A DNA stretch of 64,000 nt. Origin: Octopus sinensis (Eukaryota). The notes below the pieces were generated by a model. That model searched no databases, was not told the origin of the DNA, and saw only the letters and a list, made by a program, of their open reading frames with translations. The DNA is taken from positions 117,118,001 to 117,182,000 of the forward strand of contig NC_043000.1 in the NCBI RefSeq assembly GCF_006345805.1, written 5' to 3'. Position 1 is the first letter of the stretch; each line of letters opens with the position of its first letter. Position numbers and translations under genes: made by a program. Shown in pieces: positions 53,083-64,000 of the stretch.

Positions 53083-56021
53083 TTTCATTTCATTTCATTT
53101 GAGTTTGAGTCCATGCTCAGGCCAAGTCGAAGACTCCACCCTCAGAGTCTGGTGTGGTTGCCAGGTTGTATTCTCTGTTTAATTTTGACATGTGTAGGAG
53201 CGAGTTTGAGTCAGTTTGTGCTCGTTGTGTATATCCTGGGAGATGGGGTTCATCTCTAATGGTGCTTAAGTATCTATCCAGCTGCAATTTGAATCATTCC
53301 ACACTGCATCCTGATAGATTTCTGACATGTACCGGAATGGAGTTGAATAGTTGTGCTCCTCGAACCAACAGACTTGATTCTCGCAGGGTTTTTGCTGCCT
53401 GGCCAGCCTTTTTGTTGATTGGTGGTAGCTGGCAGCGTCTTCCGTGGCGCAGTGAGTGGTAGGTTTTGATACCAAAGTTTGGCACCTTTTGCTCTATCAT
53501 TTTCCAAATGTATATAATTCGGTATCGCTCAAATCTTCTTTCTATTGAGTACATCCTCAAGGTTTTGAGTCTTTGCCAATAGTCCAGGTTCCTCGTTTCT
53601 GAGAAGTATGAGGTAAAATTTCTTTGGAGCGATTCCATCTTAGATAGTTAGCCCTTTGTTGTTGGTGACCACAACTGAGAACAGTACTCAATCCTCGGAA
53701 GTATCATACTGTTCCAGAGGGTTTTCATTGTTGAGGTATCTCTTGATTTGAAGGTGCGCAACATCCACCCGCTGTACTTTCTTGCAGTAAGACAGACTGA
53801 GTCAAGGTGTTCTCTGAATTTTAGGCTGGTTCCCATGTGGATGCCTAAATCTTTCACATACTGTTTTTCCATTATTTGTTGTCCTGATGGGTTTCTGTAG
53901 TTTGTTGTATTTTTCAGATCTTGATCTGTTCCGTAGTGAATTAGTTCAAACTTCTTATCATTGAACAACATGTTGTTTGTTTCCTGCCATTTATATATGG
54001 TGGTCAGGTCCTTTTGTAAGGCCTCTGTATCCACCTCGTCTTTGATTTGTCTCATGACCCTGGTGTCATCAGCAAAGGATGAGACGTTGCTGGTTGTATC
54101 TTCATCTATGTCAGAGATGAGGATGAGAAACAGGATTGGGCCGAGTACTGTACCCTGAGGAACACTGCTGGTCACAGGTGATGGTGTTGAATGGGTTCCA
54201 TTCACAGTGACTGTTTGAGTTCTATTTGTAAGGAACTCATGTATCCATGTATCAACTTTTCCTCCTACTCCTAGCTTTCGAAGTTTGTGACCCAGGATGC
54301 CATGATCTACCTTGTCAAATGCCTTGGCAAAGTCGAGGTAAATAACATCTGTGTTGTAACCATTCTCTAGATTTTCTAGGATTTGGTCATGGTGTGCCAG
54401 TAGTTGGGAAAGACATGATCTACCTAACCTGAATCCATGCTGGTTGCAATTCATCAGATTGTTGGATTCCAGGAACTCAACCAGTTTTCCACGAACTATT
54501 CTTTCGAAGACCTTGATAATGTGTGATGTCAGTGAGATTGGTCGGTAGTTCTTTGGTTTTGATTTGCTGTCCCCTTTATGTATTGGAGTTATGTGTGCTT
54601 CTTTATATGTATTTGGTATTTTGCCATTCTCCATAGATTCCCTCCATATCATGTAAAGGGTTTCAACAATTGTACCTTGCAGTTTTTAAGTATCATGGCA
54701 TTGAAACCGTCAGGCCCCGCAGCTGAGTGCATGGAGAGCTTGTCTATGGCTCTTTCTATGTCTTCTGGGTTGAAATCAATGTCGGATAGGGTAGGTTTAG
54801 TATGGTTGATATCCTTGAAGAATTTTCCTGGGTCATGGATCTTCATGGTTTTAGATGGCTCACTGAAGACACTTTCATACTGTTGACCCAACATTTCTGC
54901 CATTTCAATAGGGTTATTCACTACATCTCCATTTTGTCTCTGGAGAGGTCCTATTGTTGACTTGGTATTCGAGTATTTCTTTGCAAAACTGTAGAAACAT
55001 TTTGGATTTTTCTTGATGTTTTCTGTGGCTCTCTTTTCTGCATTGTTACGTTCTTCATCATAGTGTTGTTTTAGATTGTCTTCTAATCTGTATATTTGGT
55101 CAAGGACTTTCTGTAATTCATGTTTTGATGTCAGCTTAGATGTTTTGTTTCTTAGTCTTGACCTTTTGCGCATCAGGATCTTTCGCTCCCGTGGTACAGG
55201 TTTTTTTGTGGATTTGGTTTTCTTAAGAGGAATATGTTTTGCACATATTTCTTCGATCTTGTTTAAGAATTTCTTGTGTTTATCTGGCCCAGTAAGGTAG
55301 AGATCCCAGTCAATGATTTGTAACTGGTTGTTAATAGTTTCCCAATTTGCCTGGTGATAATCATACCTGCATAGCTTTGGCATGTCCTTTTGTTTAAGAG
55401 TTGTGGCATTGGGCTCATTACCAATGTGTAAATGCATTTCAATAATATTGTGGTCTGAAAGGATTGTTGGGGTTGAGTGAAGGTCAATAGCGTGTCCTCG
55501 TTGTTGGTGAAAACCAAGTCGATCGTATTATTATTTCTTGTTGCTTCTGTCATCATTTGTTTGAGGTATAATTTCTCTGTGACTTCCAACAGTTTGGCTG
55601 TCTGTATTTGTTCAGCTTTTGTCCCCAGTTTTAGTATGTGTCCATGTGGCCAGATGATGTTAGGAAGTTGAAGTCACCAAGGAGGATAATGTCTGGCATT
55701 GGACTCGCCATGTTTCCCAGAATTTGTTGGAGCTTTGTCAGTGGCTCAGTGAAGGATAATGTTGGCTGTTTGGCGGTCTGTACATTATTGTTACAACTGT
55801 ATTAAGTTGGATGATTTTTATGCACAGCAGGTTGCAGTAGGCATTTGATTCATTGACAAGTTCTATGCATGCATAGGTATCATGGATATACATGATAACG
55901 CCCCCATGGGATCTGCCTTGTCTATCACATCTGAAGATGTTGAATCTATTGATTGTGATTTCGCTGTTGCGGATGTTTTCGTTGAGATGACTTTCAGTAA
56001 TTCCAATTATTTTGGAGTTGT
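53083..56021 (-). mobile_element. CR1-type LINE, 5'-truncated, frameshifted ORF2 (APE endonuclease + RT), (AAATG)n tail
   Basis: IIGITESHL, RCDRQGRSHGGV, MYRPP, IDLVFTN, AAGPDG, NYRPISLTS, QHGFR, DFAKAFDKV, VPQGTVLGP, FADD, YCSQLWSP; split over at least 5 ORFs. Confidence 0.93.
53648..54652 (-). pseudogene. Reverse transcriptase domain of the CR1-type LINE
   Basis: 334-aa ORF carrying the RT motifs through FADD. Confidence 0.9.
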
Positions 56022-56100
56022 TTAGAGATAAAACCACTATTAGGCAAATCATACAATGAAAAACTTAAGCAACTTAGCCAATACATTATTAATTATTTAT
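56022..56100 (-). mobile_element. Fragment of the 29.2/45.1-kb pLTR family abutting the LINE 5' end
   Basis: TAGAGATAAAACCACTATTAGGCAAATCATACAATGAAAAACTTAA resembles 45131-45178. Confidence 0.6.
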
Positions 56101-56133
56101 ATATTTTAAATATATCAAAATTATTAAAAAAAG

Positions 56134-56194
<61 letters not shown>

Positions 56195-56420
56195 TTATTT
56201 ATTTATTTATTTATTTATAATATAAGGGAATATCAATTCCGGCGTCACAGGGATGAATATTCAAGTTAAGAATATTAAATTGAATAATTCTCAATAAATA
56301 CATATATATATCAAAGTGTCAATTAGAGACAGAGATCCCCATAAAATTCAACAAATTAGAATATAAATTCAACCATGTCATAGAATATTATATTTATTAC
56401 TAATCGTTTTCAAAGTTTTC

Positions 56421-56515
56421 GGCTACACGTGTTTCATGAGGTTGCATACTATGTTCCTGAGGCACGCAGTCTCTTACAGAACCTCCCCTTACATACAACC
56501 CCAATCTTCAGGTCC
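56421..56515 (-). ncRNA. Type I hammerhead, long helix II, weak helix I
   Basis: ggac-CTGAAGA-[tggggttgtat..atgcaacctca]-GAAAC-acgt-GTA-gcc. Confidence 0.65.
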
Positions 56516-57259
56516 ACCTATTCCCCGTTTATAACTTTATCTATCATTATATATTCCAAATTAAAAGTATATCAAACTAAACAGATGTATAAATAAATCC
56601 CTAGTATGTCAAAACATATGTGATATGTGATTAGCAAGTCGCTATGGATATGTGATTAGCGAGTCGCGGAAAAGAATCGCAAGACAGAATTCCTCAAGCC
56701 AACCAAAGCGCCAGGAGACCTCGAAGTAAACCGAGAATCAGATGCCTAGATAATATACATTACGTAGTTTTTACAGGTTACGCTTTAGAATCCAGGCAGT
56801 AGCTTCTTACCGGTTCCTATGGAAGAGGAGCCTGAGGGTTCTGCTTTCACTGCCTTCCCGAAAATAGGGAGTAGAAAATGGATGGATGGATAGATGGACG
56901 GATGGATGGAGATGGATGGATGAGTTGTATATGAGCGAGCTGAATTTGAATCTCGGTTATTTTTAACTCGGGTGCAAAACTTTTTAGCTTGTGTTTATAA
57001 AGTGACCTTGGCTCTTGATAGGATAAGATATGTTTTTCATTTTAGTTTTAATGTATACGCCTGGAGCTGTTATTTTCTTATTCAGGTAGTCTACAAAACA
57101 TTAAATTTATATAATGTTATGTAGATAAACTGAAATAAAAAAACAACTCGAGGCATATACATTAAAATGATAGTTATACAGGAGAGCGAGGGAGAGGGAA
57201 AGAGAAACAGTGATGTATATAAATTATATATTATATATGTGTAGGAATGAAAGTGTGTG

Positions 57260-57294
<35 letters not shown>

Positions 57295-57299
<5 letters not shown>

Positions 57300-57437
57300 C
57301 ATACATACATACCCACCCGCACATATATTTACATATGTATATATATAATATATACATACACCTATACAAACATATATATACTCTTTTTTAAGAACTAATG
57401 AACTAATACGTACATACATATATAGACATATATATAT

Positions 57438-57484
<47 letters not shown>

Positions 57485-57620
57485 ATATATACATACATAC
57501 ATACATACCCACCACACATATATTTACATATATATATATATATATATATATCATACACCTATACAAACATATATATAATACTCTTTTTTAAGAACTAATA
57601 CGTACATACATATATAGACA
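57295..57620. repeat. Tandem duplication (~195-nt period) within microsatellite
   Basis: CATACACCTATACAAAC..CTCTTTTTTAAGAACTAAT..CGTACATAC occurs twice. Confidence 0.8.
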
Positions 57621-57631
57621 TATATATATAT

Positions 57632-57700
<69 letters not shown>

Positions 57701-58274
57701 ATATATATATACAATGTAAATATTTATATGAATGTATGTATACATGTATATATATATATATATATATTTATATGTGTGTGGCGTGTGCGTGTGTATACAT
57801 GCTTACATACATACATTGTAAAAAAGGGAACAGCTTTTCTTTCTAACAAAGTTTATGTTAAGTTTGTTTTTGTTTTCGATTTTGTTTTCGTACTTCATAT
57901 TCCCTCAGTTTAAATTGGTTTGGAATAATAACATTTATATTCTTAATTCCATTATGCCGACATTTCGTGACTCAACAAAATCCCATTTTCAAAATAAAAC
58001 TGACTATAATGGGCTGTTGTCTGCGCGTTCTGCGTTGGCTGTTAAAGGAACTTGGGAATAAAATTATGACTAATAAAATCGAACTTGTAAATTAGTCAAT
58101 GGTTTTAATATATACTTTTAGTAGTCGTGGATATTCAACGATTAGTTTGAAAACTTTAAGTGGGTTGAAAATATGTAGTGTGTATATATTAGCTTTTCTG
58201 CCTCTCCCTGTATACAGGTACGTGTGGGTGTTTGTGTGTGTGCATATGTATATTTGTACAAACACACACACATG

Positions 58275-58313
<39 letters not shown>

Positions 58314-58321
58314 TAATATAT

Positions 58322-58364
<43 letters not shown>

Positions 58365-58382
58365 ATATATATATATATATAT

Positions 58383-58645
58383 ATCTGTAAAAGTAATGTG
58401 TGACAATTATTCGGTAGCCAGATAAAACAACTCCGAATTTCGGATGGCGAGGTGGAAATCCACGCCACCATCTCTTCAGTTATCCGGCCATCGGTTTTTC
58501 CGATTTCAACCTCGGCATCCGAAACTCGGAGTTTTATCTTGGCTCCCGAATAATTGTCACATATTACTTTTACAGATAAATGCCTCTGTTTACATAATAA
58601 CTAGGTCTCTTTCTTTCTTTCTTTGAATTGTCATTTTTATCAATA
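58383..58645. mobile_element. Hairpin element in (TA)n with a damaged hammerhead (58421-58484, minus strand)
   Basis: Arms 58383-58458 / 58502-58577; gataa-CTGAAGA-[gatggtg..gtgg-attt-ccac..cgccatc]-c-GAAAT-tcgga-GTT-(gtt)-ttatc; the other arm keeps GAAAC-tcgga-GTT-ttatc. Confidence 0.65.
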
Positions 58646-58713
58646 TATATATACATATTGATAGATCGTTAGCCACTACACACATTTTTTCTCTCCTTGT
58701 TTTTTCTGTATCC

Positions 58714-58749
58714 CTTTCTGTAGAAGAGCGTAGGCTCGAAACGTAAAAG
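58714..58749 (+). ncRNA. Variant hammerhead-like motif (CUGUAGAA core)
   Basis: cttt-CTGTAGAA-GAGC-gtag-GCTC-GAAAC-GTA-aaag. Confidence 0.55.
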
Positions 58750-58845
58750 ACTTTTTCTATTCCTCAGCGTTATACTAATACATCTGTTTGTTTTGTACAC
58801 CACCTGTCTTCGTCTTTTGTTTTTTTCGTAAACTCTCCCTATATA

Positions 58846-60468
58846 CTGTTGCGGTCAAAGTGTTCAGAACGGCATTGTTTTCGTCAGAAAAGTAGATATA
58901 AGTTTTTATCAAAGTTGTTTTATATTCTATAATTTTCGCAGACAATAAATACAATATTATTTGTTATTGTCTGAGATTTTGGTGTAATTTGAGAGGATAA
59001 TACAAAAGTTATGGATGATTTAGTGATTTACTGCAAAACCCATGGCGGCCAAAATGATCAGAACGGTTGCTTTTACACTCGTGTGTTTAGTATATTTAAC
59101 CGGCGAACTCTAATGTTTTGAATTTGTTTACGTGACGGTTCGTTTACTAAACATTAGTAAGAATATTTGCAGTGTACGTTGTTAATATAATGCCACTTAC
59201 TCCGTTCCCAATTCGTCAGCAGATTATTAAGCTTCGAAGGAAGGATAATTTAAGTATTGGATCTATTGCAAAGATTTTTTAACAAGTCAAAAAGTGTTGT
59301 ACACGATATTCTTAAGGTCTACGATGATTGTGGTTCGTGTGAAGCAAGAAAGTTTACAGGTAGGCCAAGAAAAACGACCAAGAGTGAAGATCGTGCTATG
59401 GTAAAGTTGGTTAAAAGGACAGATTTAAAACTGCTGCTGCTGTTTCTCAGAAAATGAGCATTGTATTGAAGAAAACTTTATCTTGAAAAACTGTGTCTCC
59501 GTCATTAGTTTGAACATGACCTACAAGCAAGAGCACCTGCAGTGAAGCCACTGATCAGCTCCAAGAATAAAAAGTGTCGTCTTACTTTTGCAATCGCAAT
59601 GTGTTGTTGGTCTCAAGAAAAATGGCAAACGGTGTATTCAGTGATGAATCTAAGTTTATGCTATTTGGCTCAGATGGGAAAAGGTACGTTTGTACAAAAG
59701 TATGTGAAAAATTGTTGCCTAAATGCCTTAAGATTAGTGTTAAATTCGGTGGAGGAAGTGTCATGTTTGGGGAATGATATCTGGAGATGGTGTGGGTCCT
59801 TTGGCGCGAATTACATGGAATTAAATGCAGGAGTTTGTATAACAACTTGTAAAAGATCATGTCTTGCTTGTGCTGAGAATTCAACTAAGTGACCACCCAT
59901 ATTCATGCAGGACAATGCCCCATGTCACAAGGCTAAGGTGGTCATGAACTTCCTCGAGCTGAAAGGTTATTGTTATGGATTGGCCAGCTCAACGCCCAGA
60001 TTTCAATCCTACTGAAAATGTGTGGAATATTCTAGGAGAACGTTCGAAAGCCAGAAATCCTAAACAGCTGAGCATATGGAATGCCCTCAGGAAGAATGGA
60101 ATAAGATCACCCAGCAAGAAATTGAAAATTTAATTTCCTCATGCAGTCGAAGATGTCAGAGTGTGATTGAAGCTAAAGGGCTTCACACTAAATATTAAAT
60201 AATTCCAGTATTCTCTGTCATTTTTGATTATTTTGTTATTTTTTCAACCGTTCTGATCATTTTGGCCGCCATGGGTTTTGCAGTAAATCACTAAATCATC
60301 CATAACTTTTGTATTATCCCCTCAAATTACACCAGAATCTCAGACAATAACAATTAATATTGTATTTATTGTCTGTGAAAATTATAGAATATAAAACAAC
60401 TTTGATAAAAACTTATATCTACTTTTCTGACGAAAACAATGCCGTTCTGAACACTTTGGCCGCAACTG
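58846..60468 (+). mobile_element. Tc1 (DD34E) transposon with ~224-bp IR/DR terminal inverted repeats
   Basis: TIRs 58846-59069 / 60245-60468, TA flanks; outer and inner repeats CGGYCAAARTGWTCAGAACGG. Confidence 0.95.
59190..60198 (+). pseudogene. Tc1 transposase, frameshifted
   Basis: GRPRKTT, VFSDESKF, VKFGGGSVM, FMQDNAPCH, WPAQRPDFNPTENVW, GLHTKY*. Confidence 0.92.
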
Positions 60469-60544
60469 TATATATAATCAAGGTTACAAAATAGTTCCGG
60501 CATTTCTAGAAACCAAAGTCAAAAGCGACTCAGCCACAAAAATC

Positions 60545-61187
60545 CATTAACTTCATAAGTTGACGAAAGAGAAGAAGCGACCAAAAATCCGTACCATAGT
60601 GAGACAAGCTCTCAAGTGAGGTGGCAGATATACACATCCCACGTGATTTCGAACTCTGATGAACTGCACCTGAGTTCTCGTCAATGGATCTTACTTAGCC
60701 TAGGGTTAAGCATAACTCGTCTCGTCAACCCATCAGAAAAACCGTTGAAAGCGTACGCTATTTCCAAACTGTAGAAGTGTATACTATAAATAATGTCGTG
60801 GCCTATTGAATCGTTTTTTGACTTCTGTTTCTAGCAGCGCTGGCCCGTTAGCAATTCAAACCTAAAGGGTATATAAACAAGGGTATAAAATAATACCAGC
60901 ATTGCTAGAAACAACAGTCAAAAGGATTCAATGACCCACCTACATCATTTATAGTATACACTTTTACCGTTTTGAAATAGCGTAAGCTTTCAACGGTTTA
61001 TCATATGAGTTGACGAGGCGAGTGATGCTTAACCCTAGGGAAAGTAAGATGCATTGACGAGAAATGAGATGCAATTTATCAGAGATCTAAATCACGTGGG
61101 ACGGGTATATCTACCACCTCACTTGGGAGTTGTCTCACTGCAGTACGGAGCTTCTCGCTTCCTCTCTTTCGTCAACTTAAGTTAGTG
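60545..61187. repeat. Old foldback element with ~300-bp diverged inverted arms
   Basis: Arms 60545-60844 / 60896-61187, e.g. CCTAGGGTTAAGCAT / ATGCTTAACCCTAGG and TCCCACGTGATTT / AAATCACGTGGGA. Confidence 0.85.
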
Positions 61188-61221
61188 CTTTATATATATA
61201 TATATTATTCTTGTTTATTTT

Positions 61222-61324
61222 TAACCTGATGAGTGGCTATATTTATATCGAAGTGATTTTACTACTACTATTAATTTTTTACTATAATCATTTCTTAAAT
61301 ATAGACACGAAACACGTGTCGTTA
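61222..61324 (+). ncRNA. Type I hammerhead ribozyme with long helix II
   Basis: taac-CTGATGA-[gtg.ctatattta..gaagtgatt../..aatcatttc.taaatatag.cac]-GAAAC-acgt-GTC-gtta. Confidence 0.85.
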
Positions 61325-61585
61325 TTCTACCAAATATATACGTTTTTATTATTATTTTGCAATTAACTTAATCATCGGTATATTATTGTTATTTTAATTT
61401 TAATATTTCTATTATATGTAATTTTCTAGATGGTGTAATTTAATTGTTCATTTTGAATTGATAAAAGTGTTTTTTTCTAATTTATATATATATGTATATA
61501 TGCAGACAACGCTTCATGCAAGCTATACTACTCTAACACACATACACGCACATACGCGCACACACACACACATACACACACACAA

Positions 61586-61634
<49 letters not shown>

Positions 61635-61809
61635 GCTTGCATACACCCATACTGACATACATTGATATAGTATATTTTCACAGAAGCTCTTCTGTATAGG
61701 AACCTATTAGTTATAATTTAGTATACGTCTATACGTCTAGTATGAAGACATATTACTGAGTACCAAAAGTCCTCGCGCAGAGACAGGATGCTCATATAAA
61801 GTTTACAGT

Positions 61810-62717
61810 GAGTGTCCAGTGAATAGTCAATGCAACGCAGAAGCTGTGATCTACGAAGCAGAGGTAGTGTCAGCTAGCAACAATGGCGAGACGCATCTAC
61901 TTATGACGCAGGAATTGATAGCTCCTTTTAAAGCCAGGCTGAATAATCTATATATATAAAACTGTAGTTTGTGTGAGTGTCTGTCTCCTCGATTTAGATT
62001 CCTAACTACTCCCACATTTTGCGGTGCAGTTTAACCAAATTCGGGTATCTTATAGTCGTGATTCATATCGAGCCCGTCTGGGTATTAGCGCGCGTCTACG
62101 ATGATCTACGAGTTTTAAATAATTTAACATAATTTTTTTTTCCATTTTAACGCATATTTTTTCGTGTGTCGATGGCGGCGGAGTTGGCGTCCATGGTCAC
62201 ACCTGCACCTCTGTTGCTTCTCCCCCTTCTTCCCTCCCTCGTGAAGGTGTGGGGAAGGAAGTGTAAGGAAATCAACATCGTAAAGCGTTGTCAAGGAGAC
62301 AGCGTTCTTTAGAGAACGACTTCATGGCTTGAAGACACCAAACAGAAATGGCTAAGAAGCCCGAATTGGCATCTATAATAAGGAAGTAACTCTCTAAAAT
62401 GCTTATATAGTTTTCCCCTTACAAACACGAGCAACGCCGGGCGATACTGCTAGTTATAGATAATCTTAATATTTAAGGGAGGCATAATGTTACAACATTA
62501 GCTAGCTATGTGTGGCAATTAAAAGAGGAAGCAACGTCGTTCGAAATTAACAGAAAATTGCTTGAACGAGCTGGACTATACCTGGATGAAATTTGACGTT
62601 GCGAGCTTTGATTGCCGGAAAGAAGAATTATTCTCAATAATTCACGCGATCCTAAACTCAAAAGGCGAAATAATAGAATGCTGCCCATGTAAGCAAAAAT
62701 TCGCTAATGAAACGTGA
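61810..62717 (+). pseudogene. Penelope-like GIY-YIG endonuclease remnant split by a Helitron
   Basis: ECPVNSQCNAEAVIYEAEV..FKARLNN | TTLASYVWQLKEE...EINRKLLERA..RCEL*LPERRIIL..LNSKGEIIECCPCKQKF, matching the PLE pattern CP..G.C...VIY.A.V..FK.R.NNH..TTLS.YIW.LK..C.LCL.EK..LN.R.E....C.H. Confidence 0.8.
61947..62453 (+). mobile_element. Non-autonomous Helitron
   Basis: A|TCTATATATATAAAAC...GAGCAACGCCGGGCGATACTGCTAG|T with no TSD. Confidence 0.85.
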
Positions 62718-62911
62718 TCATCCCCAGTTCTACAAAAACAAAACAAAAACACACATAAATGTGCAAAACAACTGTCATTGTTAAATATCGACTCACATCA
62801 ACTTATGGAAAGTAACGCTTTTTTTCCTCCCGGAAATACAATTTTTCAGTTTCCTTCAGGTATAATTAAACACAGCGAACCACCAGCCAGGTTCATATTA
62901 TATATATATTA

Positions 62912-62971
<60 letters not shown>

Positions 62972-63118
62972 TACCACAAGAAAAAAAGAGGTTAAGCTCT
63001 TCCCGTCACTATGTCTGAAGACTCGGTATTGCCAAGCGCGTTAGTACGAAACCTTCAATTCCATTCTGACCTGTTACATGCCATACTACTACTCGATATA
63101 TGTAATATATCTATATAT

Positions 63119-63166
<48 letters not shown>

Positions 63167-63167
63167 C

Positions 63168-63229
<62 letters not shown>

Positions 63230-63849
63230 CAGAGACAGACAGACAAATAGACTGATAGGTAGATATATATATGTATAGACACAAACTTATACATATGTAT
63301 ATACTTACACGTATGTGTAAGAGTATGTGTTGATTGTGTGTGTGTATGTGTGTGTGTGTGTGTGTATGTGCGTGTGTGCGTGTGTTTGTGTGTGGCTGCG
63401 TACGTATGTGTAGGTGTTATCCAAGAGAGAATCTTATAGAGATTCATTTAAAATAACTGTATCCTAAAGGTCAGTAATCAAAAATGAAAGACCGATATAT
63501 TTTATGTTTTATTGGCTAAAAGAACACTAAAATAATGAGAAGGTTACTTTAACACCTCTCTGGACATTTCCGAAGACTGCTACGTCGATAAGTATCAAAC
63601 CAGGTCAGCCTAATCTAATTTAATTGCATTGTATCACCGGTATCACCATTGTCTATTCAATGATTAACGTAGCTACGTCTTCGTGTCATTAGACGATGCT
63701 ATAGTCAGTCTCCAGCTTATATGTCTCTATAGATTCCTTTCAAGCACGCACACAAACACACACACCTCATGCTCCTCCCCCGACCACACACCACCGCATA
63801 CATACATACACGCATACATACATCATACTACATATATATATATATATTA

Positions 63850-63901
<52 letters not shown>

Positions 63902-63910
63902 ATTACATAC

Positions 63911-63956
<46 letters not shown>

Positions 63957-64000
63957 ATATATATATAATATATATGTACATACATATTGTACATTGCGTG

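Noticed and set aside
63010-63060. CTGAAGA...GAAAC hammerhead candidate
   Set aside because: Helix II is not adjacent to the core and there is no helix III/NUH/helix I closure.

Overview
AT-rich, repeat-saturated animal genomic DNA. The SINE families and (TA)n density suggest a cephalopod such as Octopus; this is an inference from memory of those repeats, not a database result. No intact host protein-coding gene is supported, and most listed ORFs are microsatellite artefacts. Recognisable elements: a frameshifted CR1-type LINE (53.1-56.0 kb), a Tc1 with 224-bp IR/DR ends (58.8-60.5 kb), a mariner (14.2-15.7 kb), four non-autonomous Helitrons, R4/Dong, RTE and Tx1-like LINE remnants, three tRNA-derived SINE families and two decayed Penelope-like (PLE) ORF fragments. 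The main hidden signal is about 17 minimal type I hammerhead ribozyme motifs from about 8 sequence-unrelated families. They lie in short non-coding units embedded in (TA)n tracts. They show palindromic helix III, covariation between copies, a U3-A8 core swap and very long helix II variants. They share an insertion architecture of divergent inverted arms with one arm 60-160 nt longer, and one 362-bp tandem array ends at the predicted self-cleavage site. This looks like a diversified retrozyme / Penelope-pLTR system that targets TA microsatellites. All folds were done by eye, and no activity has been shown.
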